This document shows positions 37,401 through 50,979 of a stretch of 64,000 bases of DNA, piece by piece (the stretch's first letter is position 1; each line of letters begins with the position of its first letter). The stretch comes from Balanoglossus misakiensis (taxonomy: Eukaryota > Animalia > Hemichordata), in the NCBI GenBank assembly GCA_040954595.2, contig CM082580.2, positions 6,083,519 through 6,147,518 of the forward strand, in the 5' to 3' direction. The notes beneath the pieces were generated by a model, which saw only the letters and a list, made by a program, of their open reading frames with translations, was not told the DNA's origin and ran no database searches. The position numbers and the translations under genes were made by a program.

Positions 37401-40400
37401 AAGAATATGTATACTTTTGGGGGTTTTGGACTTCGATAACGGACAGACAACTACAATGCCTGAAAGCGTGCGTTTTGTATGACGCATCTCTAATAAATAG
37501 TTGCAAGCACAGACACTATATATCGAATGTCTTCACTGAAAGTAATCAAATTACAAATGTGTCCTGCAGCATTATAGTCTTGCGTCCTCAGAGCTTTTCA
37601 TATTTATCAAAAGCCCCATCCTCCGTCATTTTTCAATCTATATCAATAATCCTGTGATAAGAGCGAAGAAGATCGTGTATGTGTAATTTCTATGGGAGTT
37701 AGTGTGTTTGTTGGTTTGGTCCCTCCAGTCATTACAGCTCGTTTTTGATTGGTTCATTCTATCAGATTAGAATTTATCAGTTTTGACAGTGAAAAAGTTT
37801 GATTTACTGCGTCCAGTGGCATGATAACAATCAGATGAAGTGTAAGGCTTTCCTGAGATTTTAATCAGGCTGGTGTGATATTGAATCTGGCAGAATACCC
37901 CATATAAGAGCTGGAATTTTTAGAAAATCACGTTTTTCAACCAGACAACTAGGTCGTCAATTTGGTTTCATCTATTGTATGTGAGCACTTCTAAGATTAA
38001 ACAGGCTTATGTTCATTCTGATTTGTCTGGAAATTTCCAGTGTTCTACAAAAAAAAACACTCATCAGTTACAGCTGAGGCCTTGTCACTTGGCCACCTGA
38101 CAGCTGAACTAGTTCATACATATACTGAATTCTCACTACATGTATAGGTTTTTTGCTACCTAGGTGAGTGAATGGCGACCATCAACTCAATTGAAAATGC
38201 GTTGATATCTGAACAGAAATATAGCTTCCACCCAAGGGATATCTTAAGTTTAGGTCCTAGTACAGACTGATACTCCTCATTCCCCAAAGACCTCAGAGTT
38301 TACATCATTTCGTCTATGTGCTTCGATCCTGAGAAGCATGCACTATTGTAATCTGTCAACCGTGGCCATATATACCTGTCTGCTCATGATTCCAGTCTTG
38401 TTGCCATGGTGATTCCTGTCCCAAGCAACCGAGAATGCCCATCTCGGAATCTCTGCGGTTGCTACTGGCAACTTTAATATCTCCACAAAGAAATACAATG
38501 TATGTTCCTGACATACTTGTATCTTGTATATCGCTTAAAATGTGTCTTTTTCTGGGCTAGAGGTTGAAGGGCCTGTTGCACAAAAGAGTTGGCAGGCTTC
38601 GTTTGATTGGTGGTGCCTGGGCAGTTGTACTTTGGAGTTACTGTACACATTATGAGTTCACCTTTCTGTAGAATGTCACTGAGGGCATCAGTTTCAAAAC
38701 TGATCAAGGCATGACTCAGTAGCCAGTGTACCTACAGTTTATTGTTTTGTCTTCTTTTATGACCAAGAAGACAGCAAATGTTGGTGATACAATGATTTGC
38801 ATTACAGATCATGAGATTGAGGAGCTGTGCTCTGCTTAATATTTCAGGGAGAAATATATTTAGAATTTAGATGTATTTCTGAAAAAAAAGTGTTCAAAAA
38901 ACATACAGTGTTGGCTTTAAAAAAGTAAAATAATATCCTGCTTTACGTTGTTATAAAATGATGTTCTTTCAGGAATGTGCGATCAAGGTGTACAGCGAAG
39001 ATGGCAGCAGCAAGACTATTATCATTCAGAATACATTTCAAGCGAGGGATGTCTGTTGTTTAATGGTCTTGAAAAACCATGCCTCTGATGATAAAAACTG
39101 GGTACTGGTCGAACAACTCACAGATTTTGGACTCGGTGAGTAGTACAGTTTAGATGGTGGCTCTTGTCTACTGCAGCGTGACAGCTTATCCCATTACACT
39201 CTGAATTTCAACATATTTTTACCCCACGTCCATTGAGAACCTAGTGTGTGATAAATATAGAATTAGATTCCAAACATATTTACCCGTAAAATCATAGATA
39301 CTCATGTGTGATATTGAAAAAAAAACAGATTTCTTGGAAGCTGTCCATGTTTCTTGGAAGCTTTCCGTGGCATTTTCCGAAAGGTCACCGGGAATTTCAC
39401 TCAATAGAATTCAAACAACAAGATTCATGTATACAGCGGGTGTGCATCTCACGCAGCCTGTCGGTGTATTGTGTGTCCAGAGATGGAAATGCCCTAAGCA
39501 TGAGTGTCTAGTTTTTAAGGTCGTACCAACAAAAAAATATTTGTAGGATTCAGCGAAAATGTCCTTGCCTGAAGACACGAACAGTTAGTGCTCGCGTCGA
39601 TCATCATGTCTATGGTAGGTGAGTGCCCTTTTTTGAGAAGGAAGCAGAGAATCTCCTTCCTGTGTAGTTTCAATTTTCAAATTTAGGGAGCAGTCGGTGT
39701 CTATTGTCGCTGATTTTGAAATCCAGAACTGTCATTGGCCGAGCCTGTTGGCATGGCAGTCCATGTCATTGTTGGTTTTCTTTTTAAAAAATTCTGTGAT
39801 GTTTTGGAGCGGATTAAGATTTGATTTTCTGACTGACAGAAAATGAATTGAATTCAGTGGTATTGCCAGAAATAATAATTTTTTGACAATAAACTATTTT
39901 GGTGCAAAAATTCTCACTTTGCAATTTTTTACCTAGAGTGCAGTAAATGCTGATATTTTGGGGCTGCTGGCGGCCATTTTCTGGTGTTTTACCAAGTATT
40001 TTGGTCTCTACAATATGAAGAGACAGTTTACCAACTAACAGTGATTGTAACTGTATTGTTAAAAATTCTAGGAATTGTGACAAATCTCCCAAGCAAAAAA
40101 TATTGAGTTTGAGCTCATCTCCAGTAATGAATCCTGACATCTATCAGTGCGGAAATAATCTATCAGTATGCAAATAGTAAAATTCAGGCACTGGACATCA
40201 GCGTCCCCCCACCAATTTCTGCCGACAAGACCCACGAATTATCCCACCCCCCTGTGTAGTCAACGACTGTAAATAGAAGTCTCACCAACGACGATAATGA
40301 TCAGAACCATTACTGTAATAGCATATGCCCTCAAACAGGACACGTTTTCTAGCAATTTGCTGTTCATGAGGTTAATTTGAGAACTGCTGGAACCAGCCGT

Positions 40401-43400
40401 ATCAACACAAATATAGAAACTTTAGTGTCATGGAGAGTGCTACTGTGTCAGCGGTGGGCCATATTAACTCAGAGGGTACGTGCTGCGTAAAATAAAATAG
40501 AAGGAAAGGAAAAAGAAATTGGGGAAAATCACATAAAGACGCATCTATTGCAGTGCCTTAGTAGCTGCTCTTACTCGGTATGACATCAACACAGGAATGA
40601 TTATCGAAAGAAAGAGAAGTATTTTCCCTCAGTCATTTGCGATGTCAGGTTTTCTTCGTGTGCTAATCTGTCGAGATGTAGATTGAAATCAAGAATCAGC
40701 GACACACACTAAATAAATCGAGCAAAATTTCAACTGGACGTTTGCATATTTTTTCAATGTTGTATATTTTTTTGTGACTGGTGCAGTTTTAGAGGTGATT
40801 GATATACTGTTTATAGATGCAAGCAGACGCTGTGGTTGGTTTGTGTGAAAGGCGTGTGCACACTCTGTGAAGATGAGACAAAACAAGTCATTAGGCCCTA
40901 AGGGATTGCATCCATCAAATGGAACGCAGGGGAAAAACAGGTGACGTCAGAAGCAAATTAAGACCCAAATGTATAAAAAAACTATTTAAAAACCGTTTTG
41001 GAGTGGGAGGACAACAAGATAGACATCTGCGGCAAACAGACGCAGGCAGAGATAAAAATAGACGCACGTGGGGAGAAGAGTGAAACGTAGTTGATTGGAA
41101 CTGTCAGGCAAGCGATATTGCCTGTTAGGGAAGGTTTTCGGGAAAAGACGGTCGTCTAACTCAGTCAGCATGTTGCGTTTTAGAGCTTGCATGATTTGAT
41201 TGTCAGTAATTGCCGTGCCTAAATAGAAACCAGCTGCAGAGAAGCTGTATAAGGCACAGCCCAGCAGTTCCAATTAGGAATGAAACGGATCAGTCTGAAA
41301 ATATGGACGCAATTTGATATCGGGTGTTTTCCAGTCCCGACTGTTGAGGCAGACGACAAATTGTCCAAGCGTGCCTCGCGGACGCCTTGTTTAGTTACTC
41401 AGGTATAAAGAGGAACAGAAATCTCTACGCCATCTTTGATTTTGTAAAGTTCTCATTACCTTCAATAGGTTTGTGCTCCCTAGGTGAGTGATCAAAATCT
41501 CATACGGTCGACACAATTGCAAGATGGCGGATTTTTGCCATGTTCAAAAAATGCATTCAAAATTGTATGATATCACCCCTGTTTAACAATTTCATCTGCC
41601 TGGTTGAGTTCATCGACGTTCTGAGACAATGGATGATATAAACCAACACAAATAATACACCACATGAAAATCTTGGATGAAACAATGTCTTGCTTGCACG
41701 AAAAAAAATCTGGTGTGTGGGTCATGTATGTTCCTGTAGTATTGCAGTTTCTGCTGTTGGAAAATGAAATTGTGAAGTCAGCAGAGGGGAAAAATAGTGT
41801 AAGTGCTGAAAGGAATGTGGGTGTTTGGGGGAGAAAAAAATTGCATGATGAGTGAAGGAAATATATATGTACAGTAAGTGTTTTGAGTGTAAACATATTC
41901 CCTATAGAGGAGAACCCCACATGCCCACTTTTTACAAAAGAACTCCGTGGAGTATAAAAGTGGCAAACACTATATTGTTCCTGCTTCTTCACGACAATGG
42001 TAAAAAAAACGCACATCCCACATCTTATGTTTTTTGAAGCGATTTTTAGGCTTGTTTACTGGCCTTCGGTATATAGCTGCATCACTCGATTCATATTCGG
42101 GTCGCCATCTAGATAGAAAAAATACTGTGCCTTGCCAATATTCAAAGTGATGGGTGCTTGATTGTGTTTGTTCCATGCAGTAATGATGCTGAATTCTTCG
42201 AAACTGGAGTTTCTATACGAGCCGGCAACAGGATTTAACTATATCAAAATCAATATTAATTTTCTACATTGGCACTCGCTGTTTGTGACACTCTCAATAA
42301 ATCCTTGTAAATTACAGATCAGCTGCTTTTAATGTGCACGTAGTGATCGCCCCATTTGCTGTTAGTTTCGTACGGGTGCCTATTCGCTGGAAAATGATAC
42401 CGGCAAGTTAAGTCTCTTTAGCGAATGTAATGCCCATTTAAAAGCTGCAAATTGGATTCAGACTTGTTCCACTTTGCCTCAGGAATTCAGACCCGGTCGT
42501 CAGTGACAGCTCGGTATTAAGACTCCGCCATTTAACTTCCATTCCCGTGGGAGTCACCCATCATTCCTTGTAACTGCCTGTTTTATGACTGGATGCGGCT
42601 GTCCCAGAATTCAGATGCAACAGCGGATTGCAGCTACGGTCGCTGTTTTCTTATTTACTGTATTTGTTTTATCGTTCGTTACATACCGGTACAATTTTTT
42701 GCAGATAAACACTGCATAAAAAAGATTGCCAGCTAGCATACAGCTCTCATAAAATGTCTAGAACTACTTTAATGATCAAATAAGTTCTCGAAAAACCTGT
42801 TGATAAAAATGGACGAACCATACAGCTTTGCAAAATTAACGACTCAGAAAACTGCATTGATGAGTCACTGCGGACATGTCGACACTGACACGGTGTAATT
42901 TAGATGCAGCGAGGGTACGGTAAGCTTGAGTGAAATCTTGTGAAAGGATAAACTCTGAACAGGTTATGTGGTACACTGTTGTGCGTACGTTCTCTGTGTG
43001 ACAATTTTAGTCTCTCTGGTTGAATGTGAATCCGACAGGCAACTGGTGATGGACATCTCTCTGTGTTATCACTGTAAACAAATAACAATAATGTTTACGC
43101 CCGTTGCACCTACCGCCTGGCAACCTTGGAACTTCAGTTTAAAATTACAAATCAGAAGAGTGTTTCTTCTGCGAGGCTGTGTAAAGTATTTCAAAGCTGT
43201 ACAGATGTCACAGGGGTTAAAACTAAAAGCATATCCTTTCATTTCCTGGCAGTGAGAGGAGAAAAAAAAAGATCTCATTGCCGGTCGTTTAACGTTGCCT
43301 GATTCCCAGCGCTGTTTGTTCTAGGATGTTTTTCTGACATCTCAGCCGTGAACTGTAATTCACGGGGAGTGACTTGTCCTGGAGAGGCCTTGACTCGACT

Positions 43401-46400
43401 GTCAAGCACGTGTAAGTGTGGTCCGATCTGATGGAGGGATGCCAACAAGTCAATTTAACGCATTGGAATGTAAATGGGGTGTACGGGCCACAGTGGCATG
43501 CATCCCGAGCCAAACCAAACATGAATGAGAAGTCGATTCCCCCGGTGAACCGCAAACATGTATAGGCTCTTTCATTTGGAGTTTGTATCGAGCCTGTCAA
43601 TCGAGTCGGAGATGGAGAGATTGACACGCACGTACGCACACACTCTCAACACCACACAATGGGGAGTTTACTTCAACCCCAGTGACTAACGCCTTCCTCA
43701 GTGTGGGTTCGTCTTCTGAATATTGTTCCATTCTTTCGAGGTTGCAGGACTATACACTGTAACCCTTTCACCCCCAGTTCCCTTTATAGAGGACCAACTT
43801 CACCTTTGAAAACAATGGATTGGGACCAAACCATTGTGGTGAAAGGGTTTCTGAAATGGGGACGGCACCACTCGATCTTGCTTTGTAGAATAGTTGCCAT
43901 ATTATGCTACGGAGTCGGCAACATGCAGTGTATGGTAACCACACGTGCATTTGTGAAACATTTAAATGTCAATCATGTCACACTCATTACACTTCTCAGT
44001 ACATTGCTAAGAAGTGCAACATGCAGAGTTGAGATGTGTCATTCATTTTTAGGCCAGAACCACTTATGGAAAGATTTGTTTCCCATTCCAGATGTGATAT
44101 TGTAATTTTCTTTCTGACCACTGTGATTTCCGTCTTGTCTCAACTTCAAGGGGGCTTGAGAATGTGTTCAACTGCTGCTGCAGTCATGATTGATTGATTC
44201 GATTGTGTTTGCCACCACAACACTTCAAATGATTCATAACTGACACCATTGATTGATTTTTTTAGCCCATAGTCAGTGTCATATAAGGAGTTAGCTTGTA
44301 AACCCTTGTTATCGCTAGTGTTCAATCCTTGATAACGGTACTCTCACTTCTTTTATCTATACACTGTCACTACAACGCGGATCTTGTCAGATACCCTAAT
44401 TATCTGCAATATAATCCGCCCAGTGTCCCTCAACAAGTGACTTTTCTCAGAAACCATGCTGCATTGTCTGCCAGTATGCCGGTCTCCAAGGGGTGATCCA
44501 GTTCTGGGTCAGATGTGTTAAAATTGTAATCTTTTGCTTTCTTGGTCAAAAAATATTCACAGAAAGTGGCTGCTTGAGTGACCAAATGCTTTTAATTTCT
44601 GTGAATCAGATATCCGTACTTTTGTATTTTGGGGCAGTTTTTTTTTGCCATTTTGGGTAAAAACAAACCTCAGAAACCACTTACTAGATTGGTGCCACAG
44701 ATATGACAAATGTGTTAAAACCAGAATCTGGTATTTTTGATTTCTTTTACAGAGAGATGTCTTGAAGATCATGAAATTGTAATGCAAGTTAATCAAAGCT
44801 GGCCGGAAAATGCCAACAACAGATTTGTATTTAGGAAGAATTTTCTAAAGTATCAGTTATTCGAAAATCCTTCAGTAAGTACATGTATCTGTCAAGCATT
44901 GTAACTAACATTTAGTAGGTTCACAAAAACATTTGCCTAATAGTACAGTATATGTGTGTTCTTCAGCGAATTAAAAATTTTCATATCTACAGCATTTCGT
45001 CAAATTTCCCTGATAGTACTGGTGAACTCATTATTAACATCATTTTAACACTCTTTCAGCAATTTTTCCCTCCTCACATGGTACTCAACAAAGAAGACTT
45101 TGAAGGCTTGCCTGAGAGTGTGGAAGAAGCAAGACAAATCCTTTTAGAGGTATGTGATGTCCTTGTAGGTATATTGTAGTACATGTACTTGTTTCTATGC
45201 TGCCATTTTGGTTGATGCTGTATGCTGATAATGAAAATAAATTTGCATATTTAATGGCTGCCTGAAATAGGATTTCACTTCATGCTAGGGGGTCAAATAC
45301 ATCATATTAATTGAATTCTGGGTAAAAGGTCGACAACTCACTGTAGTCCATCGCAAGAGAAAGAAGAAAATCAGATTTCCCACTGCAAACTATCAAGATG
45401 AAATGGATTTGTCCACGCCATGGTTGTAACTGTGATTTATAGTTCAAGGGGAATAAAACTGCACAAAATCATCGAACAGAGAACGCTGAAAGATTGTCCT
45501 CTCAAGTCTGATGTCTCCGTACATTCATCACAGATAACACCTCAAAGGCAAAAACTTCCAACCCACCCTTTTGCATGCATGCCACATCTCATTTCGACTG
45601 CCCATTCAGTTTGTGCCAGTCAAATTTACACGGGGGCCTTAAGTATTATATCCACTGGCTAAATGATGTTCCTCTGTCAATTACAGTAACTGTAAAATTT
45701 CTCATAAAAGTCATATAAACCTTAATAGCTGCTATTTCATTGACTTTGACATGTGTGTACCAAACGCAATTTCTTGTTCTACTCCAAACAAGATATTCAT
45801 TCTTCACAGAAATGGGAACTGGTTCGTGCAGAACTGTCAAATTGTATTCTGTCATGGCGATGCAAATATTTCTGTTGAGTTTGGTGTAATTTGGAGTTCC
45901 TGTTACATGGTGTTTTCAATATGACCCGCTACATTCGGCCGATAGATTGTGTGCATCGCCTGGTCTTTCTGTGCCTATTTCCTCCTCCCTTTCGCTAAAC
46001 CATATCCCAAGATGCCTCTGAGCGCTACGGTAACCAGATTGCATGGTTTCTGTGACTCAGTTCCGGCTTATTACTGTGATACACAACTCCAATCATAATT
46101 GTAGAAATTTGCCTATTACCGGTGGCAGCCCCGGGGCTATATATGATATGTACCCCATACCAGGAATTAAATTGGATCAAATGAAACTTGCAGCATTGTC
46201 AGCGATCATACACGCTGCTCTTTATGATGAGGAAGAAAATTGTGTACGTTGATCGCGGCAAGATTGTGTCTCATCCAAATTATCCAGCGTATGGGTGTCT
46301 TCTGTATCCATCCCAGAATGCACCAGGCTGCCTCTGTTACCTCTAGTCATGTCGCCATGGTAACATGCTGCCAGAGTAAGGAGTGTTAATGATTGCAATT

Positions 46401-49400
46401 TGGAAACAGATAAGTCCACAGGATGTGTCACTTTTTCAGTGAAAATACACCCCCCCTTGAGGAGGACCAAAGTGAAGAAGATTGATTTTTCATGAGAAAT
46501 TGTTTGAGATCAGATGTAGTGTTGGCTCGACCTTTACCTTAGCTGATTCTTGGCTGTTCTGTTTGAATGATCTAAGAGAACCTATCAGCCAGTATGATCA
46601 ACAGCAGTAAAGATGGCGTCTAACTCTACATCTGATTTTAATCAGATTGTATATTCTCATTGGGCCATTTCTAAAATTACCCACAAGTCCTTGGGATAAA
46701 ATTCATTTCAGTGTAAAAGTCAATCAAGGTAGAAAAGAAACCAACTGATGTAAGTTATTATCTCTTAAAGAATTATTCCTTTCAAATAACAGTTATGCTG
46801 TGATGTATTCCTTTTCCCACAGAGACTGTTTATGAATACGGATCGAATTCCAGACTTGGAGGGTCAACTCCATTGCAAAGAAGCCCACAAGCGGAGCTGG
46901 AAGAAATATTTTTTTATGTTACGAGGATCTGGGGTTTACTTTTCAACTAAGGGTACTTCCAAGGTAGGAATTTATACATTTCTTATTTTGGTTTGGTTCA
47001 GTGATAATAATCCCTGTTCTTTTTGTGTGTGGTAAAATTGGATTTTATGGACAGGGAAGGGAGGTGTGTGTGTGTGTGTGTGTGTGATAATCAAATCATT
47101 AAACAAGCCAGTCTCATTCCTCACTGGATGGTTCTGACATACTATTCAAAGAAGCCACTCTGTAGAGTTCCACATTTATGGATAAAATTACTTTAACAGA
47201 GAAATTACCCACATATCAGGATGATGACTGGGTGTGCGAAATCATATATTGCAAAGAATTTGACTCGCGAGAGACACACTCCCTGAAGGGCGATCAATAC
47301 ATGCTGTGTGATAACAATACCCAGCAGGTGCTATTGCAGCTATCCTGAAAGTTCAAGGACTGTCACGCACGTTCTGTGCGTCCAATATATGAAGCTAATT
47401 TTTGAGGAAAAAAAATGTCAGCAAGGCAAGATTCCGTTGTCAAATTACCGCTGGCTCCTGCAGTGATTTGGGTTTCTCTCTTCAGAGTTGAAGATGCACC
47501 GATTATTTACAATCAGGTCCTTTTTGTTGTACTCTATTCTGTTGTGGTTTCTATGGCAACATGTATTACTTTTCCCCCTGGATGTGCTGGCCTATATGCC
47601 ATCTCCAGAAATTTAGGCGGCCCAACATTACTCCAACTTCTCTGAAAATATATTTTGCACGATATCTAACATCGAGTTTGAAATTTATATCAAAGATTCC
47701 TCTTCAAGGGTTAAATTCTGAAAAGAAAAATTAGTGATGTAGTAACATTATTTTTGTCTTCAACATTGAAGCAAAGGTTCTTTAGCTGTTGTGACTATTA
47801 CATCTGGGACTGATGTAGATCCAGGAGTCGAACAGTACTGCGTAGTAATAGCCTGTCAAAGGAACAGGCCTTGGGAAATTGAACAGCTGTTATGTCATGT
47901 ACCGGCAGCAGCGGATAACGACACAAAAATCAATCACAGAGCTGAAGTCACCGCCTTTGAGATATTGGTTTTAGTCAAAGGACAAATTTCCAACTTCCTG
48001 CAGCTTGCTCTGTAACAGAGAGAGCATGGTAAATTCTTCGTTTATGACAAAGTTGAAAAAAGTTTAGAGTGCCTGGACTTTGTCAGTGATAAGCTGTCTC
48101 TCAGCTAGCAGTACAGCTGCCCATACTCCGGGTTGGAGTGCCCTCGATATGAAACTTGATATACCACGATATTTGTAGAATACAGGTTGCATTACACAAC
48201 ATTATTTGTCGATGTGTAGATGTAGGTTGGTGGCGATCGAGGCCGTACTTTTTTTTAATCATCTGTTGTCGGGCTTCACATTTACCAATCATTTGATCGC
48301 CATAGCAATAGGAGTTTTAACACGCAACAGGCTTGCAGTGTGTGTGTTTGTGTGTGTTCCAGCATTCAATTATTCAAATTATGATCCCAGAGGCTGGGAC
48401 TTGATAGAGTGTTTTGTGAGACGGAAAATTGAAATATCGGAGAGACCAGCTGTTTTGATGCAGTTGCCGCTTGGTTGGACTTGGTTGTACAATGTGGGCA
48501 GTGACCTTGACAGTGATCGACACTTTCAAAAGATCTGGTTCTTTCATTTCAGGTTCCTCCAACTGATTTGTAGATACGTTCCGCACATCTTTGACAGTGA
48601 GGGGAGAATTATTTTATTTCGGAAGGGGGGTGGATGGAGGATTGTTGAAGAAAAATTGTTGGCAGATGGTGCTGAGGAAAAAAAATTCATTCTGCAATGC
48701 CTTGAGATAAAGGATGGACTGGCAATCGAATAAAAAAGGGCTGTAACAGTGGCTGGAAAATTTTTTTCTGACATACCCAAAACATCCATCCCCTCCCCCA
48801 GAAATCAAATGGTTCTCCCCTAATTCCCCATCCACTGTCTTCACCCACCCTGTCATCACCACTGTTTTCCTTTATAGATGTCCAACTTTTACCACAGAAA
48901 AACAGTAGATTTGGACCAAACCATGGTGGTGAAGAGGTTAAACTGAGTCTTTCTGGGGGTGACAAATGCACAGCCGTTGGAAATGATGTAGAACACACAA
49001 ACAGATTCATGTGTACAGTTACGATGCAAGTTGATGTATTATTGTACATCTTCTTCTTTTTTTTTTTTTCGGTGTCCAGGAAGCGAAGTATCTCAGTTGC
49101 TTTTCCCAGTTTACTGGTGTTCACGTTTACAATGCAACTAACGGCAAAAAGAAGTACGGGGCGCCTACAGACAGCGTCTTCTGTTTAAAGGTGAGTTTAA
49201 TACTTCAGGTTGTACTCGAACCTCAATCTTTTTGCCTGATTTCTCCACAAAATATCAGCCAAGTTTTATGTTCACTTCCTTCGAGCAGATGCTTTGCCAG
49301 TGTTAATGTCACCCATGATGTTGGTGCATACATACAAGTCAAAAACAGTAATTTATTTCGTAACATAGGTTAATCTCGTCAAATTATATAAAATAATTAA

Positions 49401-50947
49401 GGAGACACCTATATGTACATCAATTTCAAAGATTTCTATTTCATTGAACAGGATTTTCATTAAAAAACTAATTAATCAAAACCACCCTTGGCATTTGACG
49501 AAAGAGGGTTTCAATAACTCCCACTATATACGCGTAGTGTTTCTGGCAATCGTATTTTTAGCAAAAGTCAATGAACGGCGCGACGTCCTTTATGGTAATC
49601 TCCATCCTCTTGTCTTCGCCCACGCAGAACTTTTTTTCCCCTTCGTAACGAATCTTGTCACTGTGGTTTCTCGTTCATTAGTTTGCACTATTTTTATCGC
49701 CGGTGAGTCATGATCCAGAAAAGCGAACACCCACATTGACACAGAACACAAGGTCACAGTAAATTGCGGTGGTGTGGTGTCATTGGTGTACGTGAGACTG
49801 ATTGCACTCAGCTTGGAAAAGTTTGTTTTTTTGCGCAATCTTTTATCAAAATGAAGTTATATTTTAGCGGTGGTATATAAAGAAAATGAAGGATCATAAT
49901 TTTTGTCATTGCAGTAAGATCAAAAGATAGATTTTTAACATCTCAGAAAATTCGACATTTTTTTAAATATTGTCAGAGGTCACCAGGGGGTCAGAGTGCA
50001 AAAGGTTAAAAAATCTTTAAAAGTGAGGATTTCACAAAAGAATTTTATTGCAACATAAATTTTATTTACAACCCCAGAGCAAAGTGGTGCATACATGTAC
50101 TGCCTATAATCATGGTGGGATTTCACTTTTATATTGAAGTTTTGTATGTTTAGTTTGGCGAAACGCCTTTAAACCCAACCTCCCAAGCACACATCTGGTA
50201 AAGAGTATCTGTCTAATATCACTTCTGGACTATTGAGCGACTATTTATCATTCTCATCATGTACTTTGACCAGCCTACTTTTGAGTTCTTTTCTTTCCTG
50301 AAATGCCATTTTCCTCCCACTAGCAACCAATACCCCTATTGACCTCTGACCTTCTGAAAAACGTTCTGTGGTCCTTCACTGTGGGAGCTAGTACACCCTC
50401 TATTTACATGAACAAAACACCCACCACTCCCAACTCATTGTCGCTGTCCCAATGCGCGGCAGTCAACTTTTTCAATTCACTGAAAAGTTTCACCCGTACG
50501 GTTATCAGAAGTTTCTACTTCTCCCAAAAGCAGCTTTCTGTAATTTTGAAGTCAAGAATAAATCAGAAGGATAATTTAAGGATAATTTGTGTAGGTAATT
50601 TCACCAATCTGGTTATACAGAAGTTATTTTGTGTATATGCACTCGACTTTGGCTCCATTCCAGTGTTGCATTCTGTTCTTTGTTGCTAATAATGTTCTCC
50701 ATTTAAAAGGGGTCAGTTGATTACTCGGGAATGGGAGCGATCACAGGTCATCCAAAGTTCAAAAGATCAAGTGGGGACAAAAATAATGCCAGCAGAGTTG
50801 CCGTGGAGACAGAATTGCACATATTAAGTGATTTCAAGTTTGCCGCACTAACTGTATTCTAAAGTCAGTGAAACTGAGATACATACATACATACATACAT
50901 ACATACATACATACATACATACATACATACATACATACATACATACA

Positions 50948-50979
<32 letters not shown>

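Noticed and set aside
914-40949. Five TGACGTCA (CRE) palindromes at 914, 1161, 18166, 18231 and 40942
   Set aside because: Too few and too short to call functional without data.
41279-41402. ATG-initiated 41-codon segment ending CAG|gtataa in Grb intron 4, near a CRE at 40942
   Set aside because: Weak donor, and phase 0 is incompatible with the next exon (phase 1); it may be a regulatory region but is unsupported as CDS.
48206-48733. Longest ORF in the track (175 aa)
   Set aside because: Intronic, starts at a non-ATG codon, runs into a MITE and has no recognisable domain.
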